This document shows positions 1 to 10,037 of a stretch of DNA of 61,475 nucleotides, one piece after another. A model generated the notes under the pieces. The model saw only the letters and a program-made list of their open reading frames with translations. It did no database searches and was not told the DNA's origin. Both the position numbers and the translations under genes were made by a program. Every line of letters begins with the position of its first letter. Within the stretch, counting starts at the first letter, position 1. Source of the stretch: Pseudonocardiaceae bacterium (GTDB lineage Bacteria; Actinomycetota; Actinomycetes; Mycobacteriales; Pseudonocardiaceae); assembly GCA_036521655.1 (NCBI GenBank), contig DATDHI010000209.1, positions 1-61,475 on the forward strand. The letters are read 5' to 3'.

Positions 1-594
1 CGCAGCGAACCGGATCGCAGTGTCCACGTCGATCCGGGCACCGCGTAGCTTCGCCTGCACCAGGGCGTCAGCATCCAGCCGGGCGCCGCGCAGGTCGGCG
101 CCCTCCAGCCGGGTCCCGAGCAGGCGGGCTCCGGTCAGGTCGGCGCCCGAGAGGTCGGCGCCGCGCAGGTCGGCCTGCACCAGGTTGGCCTCGGCGAGCC
201 GCAACCCGGTGAGCACCACCTCCCGCAGGTCGGCGTGGCCCAGGGCGGTGAGGCTCAGATCGACCTCGCGCAGCCTCCACGGGCGCAGCCGGCAGTCGCT
301 GATCGTGCTGCCCAGCAGGGAGCACCCTTGCAGGGCGGAGTCGGCCAGCGTGGTGCGCTGGAAGGTGCAGTTGTGGAAGGCTGTCGCGCGGTGCTCGGAG
401 GCGCCCAGATCGGCGCAGCTGAAATCGCAGCCGGTGAACCGGCAGCTACGGGTGCGCAGCCCCCGCAGGTCGGCGTCGGTGAACCGGCAGTTGACGAAGC
501 TGCGACCCTCCCACTCCTGGTCGACGAAGACTGCGTCGGTGAAGTCCGCACCGGTGAAGACAGCGTCGGCTGGCTCATCAACCGTGTCGGGCAC
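1..594 (-). CDS. mfpA: MfpA-like pentapeptide-repeat protein (gyrase-interacting DNA mimic); 3' end runs off the window
   Basis: Absent from the ORF track because there is no stop in the window. My own translation runs from GTG 594, which has RBS GAGAAGG and an in-frame TGA just upstream: VPDTVDEPADAVFTGADFTDAVF..FVNCRFTDADLRGL..SEHRATAFHNCTFQRTTL..CRLRPWRLREVDLSLTALGHADLREV..ADLRGADLSGADLTGARL..RGARIDVDTAIRFAA. It shows five-residue periodicity and is near-colinear with M. tuberculosis MfpA as I recall it. Confidence 0.75.
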   Translation of the reverse strand, partial: MPDTVDEPADAVFTGADFTDAVFVDQEWEGRSFVNCRFTDADLRGLRTRSCRFTGCDFSCADLGASEHRATAFHNCTFQRTTLADSALQGCSLLGSTISDCRLRPWRLREVDLSLTALGHADLREVVLTGLRLAEANLVQADLRGADLSGADLTGARLLGTRLEGADLRGARLDADALVQAKLRGARIDVDTAIRFAA

Positions 595-678
595 ACACCC
601 ACCTTCTCAGCCCGCCTCGACGGCCGCCGGTCGAGGCGGGCCGGGTCCCGCCGCCCAGACCGTCACCAGGCCAGACCG

Positions 679-981
679 TCACGCGGCGCAGTCCCGGCAG
701 ACCGGCCGCCCGTTGCGCTGATTGGCCAGCCTGCTGCGGTGATGCACCAAGAAGCAGCTCGAGCAGGTGAACTCATCGGCCTGCTTTGGCAGCACGCGGA
801 CGGTCAGCTCCTCCCCGGACAGGTCAGCCCCCGGCAACTCGAAGTTCTCCGCGGAGTCCGACTCGTCGACGTCGACTGCCCCGGATTGCGCCTCGTTGCG
901 TCGCGCTTTCAGCTCCTCCAACGAATCCTCGGCAAGCTCATCGGTCTCGCTCCGCCGGGGAGCGTCGTAGTCGGTCGCCAT
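679..981 (-). CDS. DUF4193 family protein
   Basis: Track ORF 679..1539 trimmed to ATG 981. MATDYDAPRRSETDELAEDSLEELKARRNE...ELPGADLSGEELTVRVLPKQADEFTCSSCFLVHHRSRLA...VCRDCA is the conserved ~100-aa actinobacterial DUF4193 pattern (Rv2699c-like position). Confidence 0.85.
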   Translation of the reverse strand: MATDYDAPRRSETDELAEDSLEELKARRNEAQSGAVDVDESDSAENFELPGADLSGEELTVRVLPKQADEFTCSSCFLVHHRSRLANQRNGRPVCRDCAA

Positions 982-1201
982 GATCTTTTCCCACCCCTGA
1001 GTCGTACGAGTCGTGCCGGAACACAACGCATAGCCACCGTGTTTTGTGCCCGTGACGTCTGTCACAATTCCAACGCTGCCGGTACGTTCAAGGCGCACCC
1101 TGCCTGTGTCTGGGCAGCGCCGAGGGGCGAGAGAGTAGCTCACCGAACCGGACAGTGCGCGGCAAATCCCACGGCGTGTCCCGCCACTAACGTTCATCGC
1201 C

Positions 1202-2314
1202 ATGACCGTCGATCCCGCGTCCACCGAGCACCGCGCCACCAGCCCCGATCGCGGCCCCGGCGACACTGTGCGCGCGGCAGCCAATCCGGCTGTCGTCGGG
1301 CCGTGGCTGGCCACGGTGCTGGCCGAGCCCTGCTGGTCGGACTGCCGGATCAGGGGAATCGGGGCCGGCCGGTCCAACCTGACCTTCCGGGTGGACAGCG
1401 CGGCCGGATCCGTCGTCCTGCGCCGGCCGCCGCTGGGCGCCATCGCCGCCACCGCGCACGACATGGGGCGCGAGCAACGAGTGCTGCGCGCGCTGGCAGG
1501 CACCACGGTGCCGGTTCCCGCGGTGTTGGCCGCGGCCACCGGGTCCGGGCCGCTGGGGGCGCCATGCTACGTGATGGAGTTCGTCGACGGTGTGGTCGCG
1601 GTCCACGACTTGCCCGCCGGCTTCGCCGACCGTCCCGAACAACGCCGCGACCTCGCGCACGGGCTGCTGGACGTGCTCGCCGCGTTGCACGCGGTGGATC
1701 CCGCGGCGGTGGGCCTGGCCGACTTCGGCCGCCCCGAGGGCTTCCTTGAGCGGCAACTGCGCACCTGGGGACGCCAGCTGGAGACCTGGGGGGACGGTCA
1801 GGACTGGCCGGCGCTCACCGCGTTGGCCGGACAGTTGCGCGCGCAGCTGCCCCATTCGGGACCGGCCGCGATCGTGCACGGTGACTACCGGATCGACAAC
1901 GTGGTGCTCGAGCCCGCCGACCCAGGCCGGGTGCGCGCCGTGCTCGACTGGGAGATGGCTACGCTGGGCGACCCGCTGGCCGACCTCGGCCTGATGATGG
2001 TCACCTGGCAGCAGGCCAACGAGGGCACGGAGATCTGGACCGCCGCCCGGGTGCTGCCGACTCCGACCGAAGTCCCGGGCTTCCCCAGCCGCGCCGAGAT
2101 CGCCGCCCACTACGCGCAGCGGTCCGGGCGCTCGATCCACGAACTCCCGTGGTACATCGCTCTGGGCTGCTTCAAGTTGGCAGTAGTTCTGGCGGGCATC
2201 CTGTCGCGAGCGCGGGCAGGTGCGCTGCCCTCCCATACGGCCACTGGAATGGAGCGGGGGATCGACCCGCTGGCGTTACTCGGTCACCACGTGTTGCAAA
2301 CAGGGCAGTACTGA
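1202..2314 (+). CDS. phosphotransferase-family protein (APH/choline-kinase fold)
   Basis: 370-aa ORF with catalytic loop IVHGDYRIDNVV and LDWEMATLGDPLADL. The N-terminus GAGRSNLTFRV is typical of ACAD10/11-type kinase domains. Confidence 0.75.
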   Translation: MTVDPASTEHRATSPDRGPGDTVRAAANPAVVGPWLATVLAEPCWSDCRIRGIGAGRSNLTFRVDSAAGSVVLRRPPLGAIAATAHDMGREQRVLRALAGTTVPVPAVLAAATGSGPLGAPCYVMEFVDGVVAVHDLPAGFADRPEQRRDLAHGLLDVLAALHAVDPAAVGLADFGRPEGFLERQLRTWGRQLETWGDGQDWPALTALAGQLRAQLPHSGPAAIVHGDYRIDNVVLEPADPGRVRAVLDWEMATLGDPLADLGLMMVTWQQANEGTEIWTAARVLPTPTEVPGFPSRAEIAAHYAQRSGRSIHELPWYIALGCFKLAVVLAGILSRARAGALPSHTATGMERGIDPLALLGHHVLQTGQY

Positions 2315-2447
2315 GCGCGCGTTACGTCAAGTGGGGGAACCCCACATCGGCCACGCTTTCGCTGGCTGCGCCGAACCCGCCCCGCCCCTAGTCTCATCGG
2401 GGTGGGCACCGTGCGGCGGGGTGTCCCGGCCAGGGAGGACGGGGGCC

Positions 2448-3158
2448 GTGGCTGCGGTTGACTTGTTCCCAGGTCGTCGGTCGAGGGGGTTTCGGGCCCG
2501 CAGGCCGGTGCGCGCGGTGCTGTTCATCCTGGTTCTCGGCCTGGTCGCCGGGCTGGTGTGGGCCAGCGTATTGCACACGCCGGGCTCCTTCGCCGACCGC
2601 TGCCAGCCGGCCGCGGAGGCCGCTGGTACTGAGGTCACCCCCGGCCACCGACTCCGCGCCGAGGACCTGGACGGCGTACCGCCAGCACCGCCCCGCCAGG
2701 TGCGGGTGCAGGTCCTCAATGCCAACGGCAAGCGCGGCGAGGCAGCGATCGTCGGTGGCAAGCTGTCCGAACTGGGGTTTGCGCCCAACGACAGACCGGC
2801 GAATGATCCCCTGCACCCTTCCTTCGACCTGCCCTGCCAGGGGGAGATCCGGTTCGGGGCCGCCGGGCAGGCCGCCGCACGGACACTGAGCTTGGTGCTG
2901 CCGTGCGCCGAACTCGTCCGCGACGTCCGGCCAGACGGCATGGTCGACCTGGCCCTGGGCACGAAGTTCACCGCGGTGCGGCCCAACAATGCGGCCAATG
3001 CGGCGCTGCAGGGCTTGGCCCGGATCGGGCAGCCGACGCCGAGCGAGTCTTCGGTCGGCGGCCTAGCCGCCCAGCCAGCGCCTCAGTCGATAACGCAGCC
3101 GGTGGCACCTGTCGTGGACCCGGACCTGTTCCGTCAGGCCCACCAGGTCCCGTGCTGA
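2448..3158 (+). CDS. LytR_C-domain membrane protein (Cei/Rv2700-like)
   Basis: Track ORF 2220..3158 trimmed to GTG 2448, preceded by GGGAGGA (2433-2439). TM segment AVLFILVLGLVAGLVWASV is followed by VRVQVLNANGKRGEAAIVGGKLSELGF. It sits next to suhB, as in mycobacteria. Confidence 0.65.
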   Translation: MAAVDLFPGRRSRGFRARRPVRAVLFILVLGLVAGLVWASVLHTPGSFADRCQPAAEAAGTEVTPGHRLRAEDLDGVPPAPPRQVRVQVLNANGKRGEAAIVGGKLSELGFAPNDRPANDPLHPSFDLPCQGEIRFGAAGQAAARTLSLVLPCAELVRDVRPDGMVDLALGTKFTAVRPNNAANAALQGLARIGQPTPSESSVGGLAAQPAPQSITQPVAPVVDPDLFRQAHQVPC

Positions 3159-3180
3159 CGGCGAGATGCTGGGGGGCGAG

Positions 3181-4005
3181 TCATACCGAGGCGGCGCCGC
3201 AGGTGACCACCAGCTCCGTCAGGGCGTCGGCGATCCCCGGTGTCGCTGCCAGCACCAGGTCTGATCCGGGCGTGGGTAGCCGGACCACGGCGCCGGCCTC
3301 CGCCGCGATGAGCGCACCCGCTGCCCAGTCCCACCGGTGCAGCCCGTGCTCAGCGAAACCGTCCAGCCAACCCGAGGCCACCGAGCACAGGTCCAGCGCC
3401 GCCGACCCCGCGCGGCGAACGTCACGAATCCTCGGCAGCATGCCAGCCACCATGGCCGCCTGCCGAGCTCGGCGCTCCGCCCGGTAGGAGAAGCCGGTAC
3501 CAATCAGCGACAGCTCCAGCTGGGTGGCCCCGCTGACCTGCAACGCAACCCCGTCGCACTCCGCTCCCCGGCCTCGGGCGGCGCTCCATAGCCGGCCGCC
3601 GGCGGGTTGCCCAACCGCGGCGGCCAGAGACTGCCCGTCCCGCTGCACCGCCACCGACACGGCGTACCAGGGCAGTCCGTAGAGGTAGTTCACCGTGCCG
3701 TCGATGGGATCGACCACCCAGCACAGGTCCCCAGCCGGCGCAGCGGTGCCCCCTTCCTCCTCACCCAGCACGGGCTCACCTGGCCGCCATTGCGCAAGCA
3801 GGCGCCGGGCCAGCCGTTCCGCCTCGGTATCCGCGGCGGTGACCACGTCGGTGGCGCTGGTCTTGGTCTGCACCTGGCCGGGCCCGGCGACCCGCATCGT
3901 GGCCCGCATCTGGGCGACGAGCTCGCCGACCTGCCGGACCACCCCCACCGCGGTGGCCCGCAGCTGATCTACGTCGTCCCCGCGCTCGCTGCCCACGCCA
4001 GCCAT
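3181..4005 (-). CDS. suhB: inositol monophosphatase family protein
   Basis: 274 aa with the IMPase signature WVVDPIDGTVNYLYGLPWYAVSVAV and GSAALDLCSVASG. Synteny with ppgK and sigA. Confidence 0.85.
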   Translation of the reverse strand: MAGVGSERGDDVDQLRATAVGVVRQVGELVAQMRATMRVAGPGQVQTKTSATDVVTAADTEAERLARRLLAQWRPGEPVLGEEEGGTAAPAGDLCWVVDPIDGTVNYLYGLPWYAVSVAVQRDGQSLAAAVGQPAGGRLWSAARGRGAECDGVALQVSGATQLELSLIGTGFSYRAERRARQAAMVAGMLPRIRDVRRAGSAALDLCSVASGWLDGFAEHGLHRWDWAAGALIAAEAGAVVRLPTPGSDLVLAATPGIADALTELVVTCGAASV

Positions 4006-4094
4006 CCGACCACACCCCGGCGGTGGGATCGGGGCTAGGGTCGAATTGCTCGCCGTCCCAGTGCGAAGCGCGGGGGGATCGAGAAAGGATACGG

Positions 4095-4865
4095 ATGGCC
4101 AGGACTCCCGGGTTCGGGGTGGACATCGGCGGATCCGGCATCAAGGGCTGCACCGTGGACCTGCGCGGCGGGTCACTGGATGACCAGCGCGTGCGCATCG
4201 CCACCCCGGAGCCCGCCACGCCTGAAGCGGTGGCCGAGGTGGTCGCGACCATCACCGGGGAGTTCGGCTGGCACGGCCCGATGGGCGTCACCTTGCCTTG
4301 CGTCGTCAAAGACGGCATTGCGCTCACCGCGGCGAATGTGGACCAGGCCTGGAAGGGCACCGACGCAGCCACGTTGTTCTCCGAGTACTGCCGGGTGCCG
4401 GTGGTCGTGCTCAATGACGCCGACGCCGCGGGGCTGGCCGAGATGCGGTTCGGGGCCGGCCGTGACTCCGACGGCCTCGTCGTACTGCTCACGTTCGGCA
4501 CCGGCATCGGAAGCGCCCTGTTCCTTGACGGGGAACTGGTGCCCAACACCGAGCTGGGCCACCTTGAGGTGGACGGAGCCGACGCCGAGCACCGGGCCGC
4601 CGCCTCGGCCCGAGACGCCGAAGCGCTGTCCTGGCCGGACTGGGCCGCCCGAGTGTCGCGCTACCTGCAGGTTCTGGAGGATCTGATCTGGCCCGATCTG
4701 ATCATCGCGGGCGGCGGGGTCAGCAAGAAGGCCGACAAGTGGTTGTCGCTACTTCAGTGCCGGACCCCGATTGTGCCAGCCGCGTTGCGCAACGACGCCG
4801 GGATCGTGGGTGCCGCCGCGGCCGCCGCAGAGGGGCGGGTTCGCGCCACGCTACGGCGCCCCTAG
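4095..4865 (+). CDS. ppgK: polyphosphate glucokinase (ROK family)
   Basis: Track ORF trimmed to ATG 4095 (RBS GAGAAAGGA). GFGVDIGGSGIKG is the ATP-binding N-terminus, and TFGTGIGSALFLDGELVPNTELGH is also present. Lies immediately upstream of sigA. Confidence 0.85.
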   Translation: MARTPGFGVDIGGSGIKGCTVDLRGGSLDDQRVRIATPEPATPEAVAEVVATITGEFGWHGPMGVTLPCVVKDGIALTAANVDQAWKGTDAATLFSEYCRVPVVVLNDADAAGLAEMRFGAGRDSDGLVVLLTFGTGIGSALFLDGELVPNTELGHLEVDGADAEHRAAASARDAEALSWPDWAARVSRYLQVLEDLIWPDLIIAGGGVSKKADKWLSLLQCRTPIVPAALRNDAGIVGAAAAAAEGRVRATLRRP

Positions 4866-4907
4866 TAGTGACCAGCTCGCTACCCGGCATAGTCGTTACA
4901 ATGGAAC

Positions 4908-6473
4908 GTGGCACCGTCCGCGAGCACCCTGGATCGCACCGCCGGAGTCCGCCAGACCACGATTTCCGGCCCTCGCTCCAGCGGCGGGCCCGCAGACGGA
5001 AGCCCGAATCTTGACCAGCGCCCGAACACCGACCGTCCCGAAAGGCCGTCCGTGGCAGCCGCAGAGCCCGCATCCCGTCGCGCCACCGCCCCGAATTCCG
5101 CGGCGGCCAAGAAGCCCCCCTCCCGCAACGGTGTAACGAGTGACGCCGACCTGGCCGCTCTTGCACCCGGTTCTGGCGCCAGGGAGGGAACCGCTGCGAC
5201 GGCGACCCGCGCGAAGACCGCCCGGAGCGGCGTTTCGCGGGCCCGCGCGAAAACCGCCAGCAGCACCGCCAAGACCGGCACAAAACCGGCAGCTGCGGCC
5301 AAGACCGACACAAGCCCGGCCACTCCGGCCGATCCTCCGGCAGGCATCGTGGCCGACGATGTCGCCGACATCGAGGGTGGGCCGGCCGCCGAGGACCTCG
5401 CCGACGTAGAGGTTGAGGTCGAGGAGATCACCGTGGACGCCGCCGAGGAGGTGGATCCGGACACCCACCGTGGCCCGGGGGCGGAGGACTTCGTCTGGGA
5501 CGAGGAGGAGTCCGAGGCGCTGCGGCAGGCTCGCAAGGACGCCGAGCTCACCGCCTCGGCGGACTCGGTTCGCGCCTATCTCAAGCAAATCGGCAAGGTC
5601 GCCCTGCTCAACGCCGAGGAGGAGGTGGAGCTGGCCAAGCGCATCGAGGCCGGGCTCTATGCCGCCGAGCGGGTGCGCCGATCCGAGGACGTCACCGAGA
5701 AGCTCTCCCCGCAGCTGCGCCGGGACCTGCGCTGGATCGTCCGCGACGGCGAGCGCGCCAAGAACCACCTGCTGGAGGCCAACCTTCGCCTCGTCGTCTC
5801 GCTGGCCAAGCGCTATACCGGCCGCGGCATGGCGTTCCTGGACCTGATCCAGGAGGGCAACCTTGGTCTGATCCGGGCGGTGGAGAAGTTCGACTACACC
5901 AAGGGCTACAAGTTCTCCACCTACGCCACCTGGTGGATCCGCCAAGCCATCACCAGGGCGATGGCCGACCAGGCGCGCACCATCCGGATCCCGGTGCACA
6001 TGGTCGAGGTGATCAACAAGCTGGGCCGTATCCAGCGCGAGCTGCTCCAGGACCTGGGTCGCGAGCCCACCCCGGAGGAGCTGGCCAAGGAGATGGACAT
6101 CAGCCCGGAGAAGGTGCTGGAGATCCAGCAATACGCCCGGGAGCCCATTTCGCTGGACCAGACCATCGGCGACGAGGGCGACTCCCAGCTAGGCGACTTC
6201 ATCGAGGACTCCGAGGCCATCGTCGCGGTGGACGCCGTCTCGTTCACGCTCCTGCAAGATCAGCTGCAGTCAGTGCTGGCAACTCTGTCCGAGCGTGAGG
6301 CCGGAGTGGTGCGGCTACGCTTCGGGCTCACCGACGGCCAGCCCCGCACGCTCGATGAGATCGGGCAGGTCTACGGCGTGACCCGGGAGCGGATCCGGCA
6401 GATCGAGTCCAAGACGATGTCCAAGCTGCGTCACCCCTCCCGCTCCCAAGTCCTACGCGACTACCTCGACTGA
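4908..6473 (+). CDS. sigA: principal RNA polymerase sigma factor (HrdB/SigA)
   Basis: Motifs [53 protein letters not shown] and the C-terminus [10 protein letters not shown]. Long Ala/Pro/acidic N-terminal extension. GTG 4908 is the longest start, and the true start is uncertain. Confidence 0.95.
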   Translation: MAPSASTLDRTAGVRQTTISGPRSSGGPADGSPNLDQRPNTDRPERPSVAAAEPASRRATAPNSAAAKKPPSRNGVTSDADLAALAPGSGAREGTAATATRAKTARSGVSRARAKTASSTAKTGTKPAAAAKTDTSPATPADPPAGIVADDVADIEGGPAAEDLADVEVEVEEITVDAAEEVDPDTHRGPGAEDFVWDEEESEALRQARKDAELTASADSVRAYLKQIGKVALLNAEEEVELAKRIEAGLYAAERVRRSEDVTEKLSPQLRRDLRWIVRDGERAKNHLLEANLRLVVSLAKRYTGRGMAFLDLIQEGNLGLIRAVEKFDYTKGYKFSTYATWWIRQAITRAMADQARTIRIPVHMVEVINKLGRIQRELLQDLGREPTPEELAKEMDISPEKVLEIQQYAREPISLDQTIGDEGDSQLGDFIEDSEAIVAVDAVSFTLLQDQLQSVLATLSEREAGVVRLRFGLTDGQPRTLDEIGQVYGVTRERIRQIESKTMSKLRHPSRSQVLRDYLD

Positions 6474-6488
6474 GCTAGGCCCGGGGCC

Positions 6489-6550
6489 GCATTCAGCGGG
6501 CTGAGCGGGGTTATGACGGGTCGGATAGCCCCGCTGAGCCCGCTGAATGC
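6489..6550. terminator. long inverted repeat between convergent sigA and GS-like genes (probable bidirectional terminator)
   Basis: 22-nt arms GCATTCAGCGGGCTGAGCGGGG / CCCCGCTGAGCCCGCTGAATGC (one mismatch) with an 18-nt loop. No clear U-tract. Confidence 0.6.
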
Positions 6551-6566
6551 GATGTGGGTGGGCGGG

Positions 6567-7925
6567 TCAGTAGCGCCAGCGGTGGGCGGCTATTACCTCG
6601 TCTAGGGGGCGGTCGGCGGCCCAGGCGGCGTCGGAGCGGCGCACTGCGAGGAAGGCGCCGAGCAACTGTTCCCCCAGCACCGCGGTGAGCCGCGTGGAGC
6701 CAATGAGTGCGGCCTCCTGCTCGGCGGGTGTGGTCGGCAGCAGCCTCAGGCCCCGGGCGGCGCGGTCCTGTTCACTCCACCCGCCAGGATCGGCCTGGAT
6801 CGGCTCGCCCGGGTCCGCACCGTCCCGCAGCCCCGCGGTGCCGGCGGCGATCACCGCGGCCAGCGCCAGGTACGGGTTGGCCGAGGCGTCGGAGACCTTG
6901 AGCTCGACGTTGGCGTGGCCAGCACCCAGCAGCTCCGAACCGGGGATGTAGCGCAGTGGTGCCTCGCGGTTCTCCACCCCCCAGAATTGGTAGGCACTGG
7001 CGAAGTAGCCGGGGCGTAACCGGCTCAGTGACGGCACGCTCGGGGCGGTGATCGCGGCCAGCGCAGGCAGGTCCCGGAGCAACCCGCCGAGCCAGCCTGC
7101 GCCGTCCGAGCCAGGCCCTTCACTGCCGGCCAGCAGATTGCGCCCACCACACCAGACCGAGGTATGCAGGTGCCAGCCGTTGCCCACGCCCTCCGCCGTG
7201 AACAGCGGTGCGAAGCAAGCCCGCAGACCGTGCGCCCTGGCCGCGGCGTGGATGGTCTGGCGGGCTAGCACCTGGCGGTCGGCGGCAGTGATCGGGTCAG
7301 ACGCGACGATGCTGAGTTCTACCTGAGCCGGCCCGTACTCAGCGTGCAGCTGGTTGACCGGCACTCCGTTGGCCGCCAGGTCGGCCAGCAGGGCGGCCAC
7401 GAACTCGTCCACTGCCAGCAGCGCGTGCGGGCTGTACGCGGGCCCCGGGTGCGCCAGCCGCGGCTCCCCGTCGGCATCACCGGAGTGGCCGGCGTGGGTG
7501 AGCACGAACTCCATCTCGTAGCCGGCCCTGATCTCCAACCCCTCGGCGGCCGCGGACTGGATCTGGGTTTCGAGAACCCCGCGCTGGTCGTAGGGCCACG
7601 GAGAGCCGTCCGCGGCGATCTGCCGCCCGGGCGCCCACGCCAGCGCGCGCTGCCCGGCGAGCCGAGTCACCCCGCGCAGCTGCGGTATCAACCGGACGTC
7701 ACCGGACGGGGTGGACAGCCCCTGGTGGGCGAAGGTGATCCCGTCGTGGGTGTCGAACACCGCGAACAGCGGGGAGACGCCGACTCCCCGCTTGGCCACC
7801 TGAGGTAGCGACTCGACCGGCACTGTCCGCGAGCGCGGGATCCCGTTGTTGTCGACCCACGTGATGGTCACCCCGACGACCCCGTTGGCCGCTAGCTCCA
7901 AGGCCAGCGCGCCCGAATCGGCCAT
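6567..7925 (-). CDS. glutamine synthetase family protein (GlnA3/GlnA4-like gamma-glutamyl ligase)
   Basis: Track ORF trimmed to ATG 7925 (RBS AGGGAGGG). GS catalytic-domain-like strings YEMEFVL, GNGWHLHTSVW and NVELKVSDASANPYLALAAVIAAG. Assignment to a non-primary GS paralogue is inference. Confidence 0.75.
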   Translation of the reverse strand: MADSGALALELAANGVVGVTITWVDNNGIPRSRTVPVESLPQVAKRGVGVSPLFAVFDTHDGITFAHQGLSTPSGDVRLIPQLRGVTRLAGQRALAWAPGRQIAADGSPWPYDQRGVLETQIQSAAAEGLEIRAGYEMEFVLTHAGHSGDADGEPRLAHPGPAYSPHALLAVDEFVAALLADLAANGVPVNQLHAEYGPAQVELSIVASDPITAADRQVLARQTIHAAARAHGLRACFAPLFTAEGVGNGWHLHTSVWCGGRNLLAGSEGPGSDGAGWLGGLLRDLPALAAITAPSVPSLSRLRPGYFASAYQFWGVENREAPLRYIPGSELLGAGHANVELKVSDASANPYLALAAVIAAGTAGLRDGADPGEPIQADPGGWSEQDRAARGLRLLPTTPAEQEAALIGSTRLTAVLGEQLLGAFLAVRRSDAAWAADRPLDEVIAAHRWRY

Positions 7926-8337
7926 GCCCGCCCTCCCTGTCCTGATCAGGCTTGTGATCAGGCTAGCGCGGCAGGGCACCTACCAGCGACTGCCGCTCCC
8001 AGGTACCTGGAGCAACCGCCGACCCACGAAGAGTCACGGAAAGAGTGAACTCAGATGGGGTAGCCTGTTGCACAGCGTATCCACGACCAGATCCTGACTC
8101 ACCCTTACGCCAGTGGAATCTCGACGCGGAGAGTGCGGTACTAGGTGCAACACGTGAGGATCGTCGCCACCGGCTCGGGAACACAGCGGGGACGGCGTTC
8201 GTCTGGAACAGTGGAGGTCTGAGATCCGATCTCAGGGTTGAGACCGGTCGGTGGGAGTGAGCACCGCAGCCGCGGTGGTCGCAACTGGTTCGACCCGGTC
8301 CGGTCGGCATGACTGGACCAGGACGGAGGGAGAAGCC

Positions 8338-8523
8338 ATGAATAGCACGCTCGTCCGCCCCGAGTTGACTGCTTCCAACCGTTGCGACCGGTGCGGCGCC
8401 GCCGCCCGCGTCCGGGCAGTGCTGCCCTCGGGTGGAGAACTGCTGTTCTGCAATCACCACGCCCGCAAGCACACGGTGAAGCTCAGGGAGCTCGCGGCGG
8501 ATATCCAGGCAAGCGAGGTCTGA
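8338..8523 (+). CDS. small conserved Cys/His protein (zinc-ribbon-like)
   Basis: ATG 8338 with RBS GGAGGGAGAAG. 61 aa: MNSTLVRPELTASNRCDRCGAAARVRAVLPSGGELLFCNHHARKH.. A perfect hairpin terminator follows. Confidence 0.65.
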   Translation: MNSTLVRPELTASNRCDRCGAAARVRAVLPSGGELLFCNHHARKHTVKLRELAADIQASEV

Positions 8524-8575
8524 CCTCGCGGCAAACCATGCGCAGCTCCCCCCAGCCCAAACCAGCGGACGTCAA

Positions 8576-8614
8576 CCGGGGCGGGACCTTCACGGTCCCG
8601 CCCCGGTTTGTCTT
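8576..8614 (+). terminator. intrinsic terminator
   Basis: Perfect 13-bp stem CCGGGGCGGGACC/GGTCCCGCCCCGG with a 5-nt loop, followed by TTTGTCTTTCC. Confidence 0.8.
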
Positions 8615-8620
8615 TCCTGC

Positions 8621-9838
8621 TCAGGACCCCGCGGTGAGGTCCGCAACGGCGTCGAGCAGCCGATCCACCTCGGCGGCGGTGGTGTAGAAGTTCACGCTGG
8701 TCCGCACCGCGCCGCCGCCCTCGTGAAGGCCCAACGCGCCGGCCAGATCCCAGGCGTAGGCGTGCCCGTGCCAGCAGTTGATCCCGCGGGCTGACAGGGC
8801 CTCGGCCACCTCGGCAGGCACCCGGCCCGCCAGCCGGAAGTACGCCGTCGGGGTGCGCTGCCGGGGTGACCCGTAGAGCGTCACGCCGGGGATGGCCTGC
8901 AAGCCTTCCAGCATCCGGTGGCCCAGCGCGTCCTCGTGCGCTACCGCAGCGTGGCGGGAGGTTGCCAGGCACTCACGCCGACTGCCGGAGGCCGCGCCGT
9001 CCAACCCGGCCAGGTGCTGCACCGCCGCGACCACGCCGGCCAGCGAGGCGAACGGGTTGGTACCCAGCTCGAAGCGCTCCGGCACAGTGTCCGGCGAGGG
9101 CAGCAGCTTGTCCGGGTGCAGCGCCTCCAGCAATCCCGGGTCGGCGGCGACGACGGCCGCCAGGTGCGGGCCCGCCCACTTGTAGGCGCTGGTGGCGTAC
9201 AGCTCCGCCCCCAAAGCGGCCAGGTCGACATGCGCGTGCGGGGCGTGGTGCACGCCGTCGACGAAGCTGACCGCGCCGACCGCCCGCGCGGCGGCCGTGA
9301 TCGCCGGCACATCGGGGCGGGTTCCGACAAGATTGGACGCCGCGGTCACCGCTACCAGCCTGGTGCGCTCGCCGAGCAGGGCACGCACCCCGTCCACCGG
9401 TAGCTCCGCCGTGCGCGGATCGACCGCTGCCGTGCGCACTGTGACCCCGGCTCGGCGCGCCGCCTGGACCCACGGCCGGACGTTCGCGTCGTGGTCGAGC
9501 TGGGTCACCACGATCTCGTCGCCGGCGCGCCAGGTGGCTTCGAGCGCGGCGGCGAAGCGGTAGGTCAGCGCGGTCATCGTAGGCCCGAACACCACCCCGC
9601 GCGGGTCGGCCGCACCGACCAGATCCGCCACTGCATGACGTGCCTGCGCCACGATCTCAGTGCCGCGGGAGCTCGCCTCGAAGGGCGCACCCTGGTTCGA
9701 CACGCCGCTGCGGTACGTCTGCGCCACCGCGTCGATCACCACCTGCGGCACCTGGGTACCCGCCGCCCCGTCCAGCCAGGCTCGCCCATCCCCCAGCGCC
9801 GGGTACTGCGCCCGCACCTCGTGCACGTCATACCCCAT
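8621..9838 (-). CDS. class-V aminotransferase / cysteine-desulfurase-like protein
   Basis: Track ORF 8621..10378 trimmed to ATG 9838 (MGYDVHEVRAQYPALG). 405 aa with LDHDANVRPW and the PLP-Lys region ATSAYKWAGPH. Confidence 0.75.
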   Translation of the reverse strand: MGYDVHEVRAQYPALGDGRAWLDGAAGTQVPQVVIDAVAQTYRSGVSNQGAPFEASSRGTEIVAQARHAVADLVGAADPRGVVFGPTMTALTYRFAAALEATWRAGDEIVVTQLDHDANVRPWVQAARRAGVTVRTAAVDPRTAELPVDGVRALLGERTRLVAVTAASNLVGTRPDVPAITAAARAVGAVSFVDGVHHAPHAHVDLAALGAELYATSAYKWAGPHLAAVVAADPGLLEALHPDKLLPSPDTVPERFELGTNPFASLAGVVAAVQHLAGLDGAASGSRRECLATSRHAAVAHEDALGHRMLEGLQAIPGVTLYGSPRQRTPTAYFRLAGRVPAEVAEALSARGINCWHGHAYAWDLAGALGLHEGGGAVRTSVNFYTTAAEVDRLLDAVADLTAGS

Positions 9839-10037
9839 GAGCCCGCGCCTCCTGCCGCCGGTAGGCAAATTGGGTCCCGCCGACGTGCCGCCCGCCGCTG
9901 CACGTGGTCGGCGCCGGAAGTCCGTCGGGAGTTGACGTGACGGCGGCAGTGGCTCAAGGGTCAGGCGTGTCAGGCTGCCGTGGGCTGTTGCGATCCGTGA
10001 ACTCGACGTTACCCACCTAAGACTGAGGAGACCTGAG

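Noticed and set aside
20-1749. Plus-strand ORFs 20..721 (233 aa) and 235..1749 (504 aa)
   Set aside because: They are Ser/Arg/Pro/Ala-rich shadows antisense to the MfpA-like and DUF4193 genes, and out of frame with the phosphotransferase gene. No motifs.
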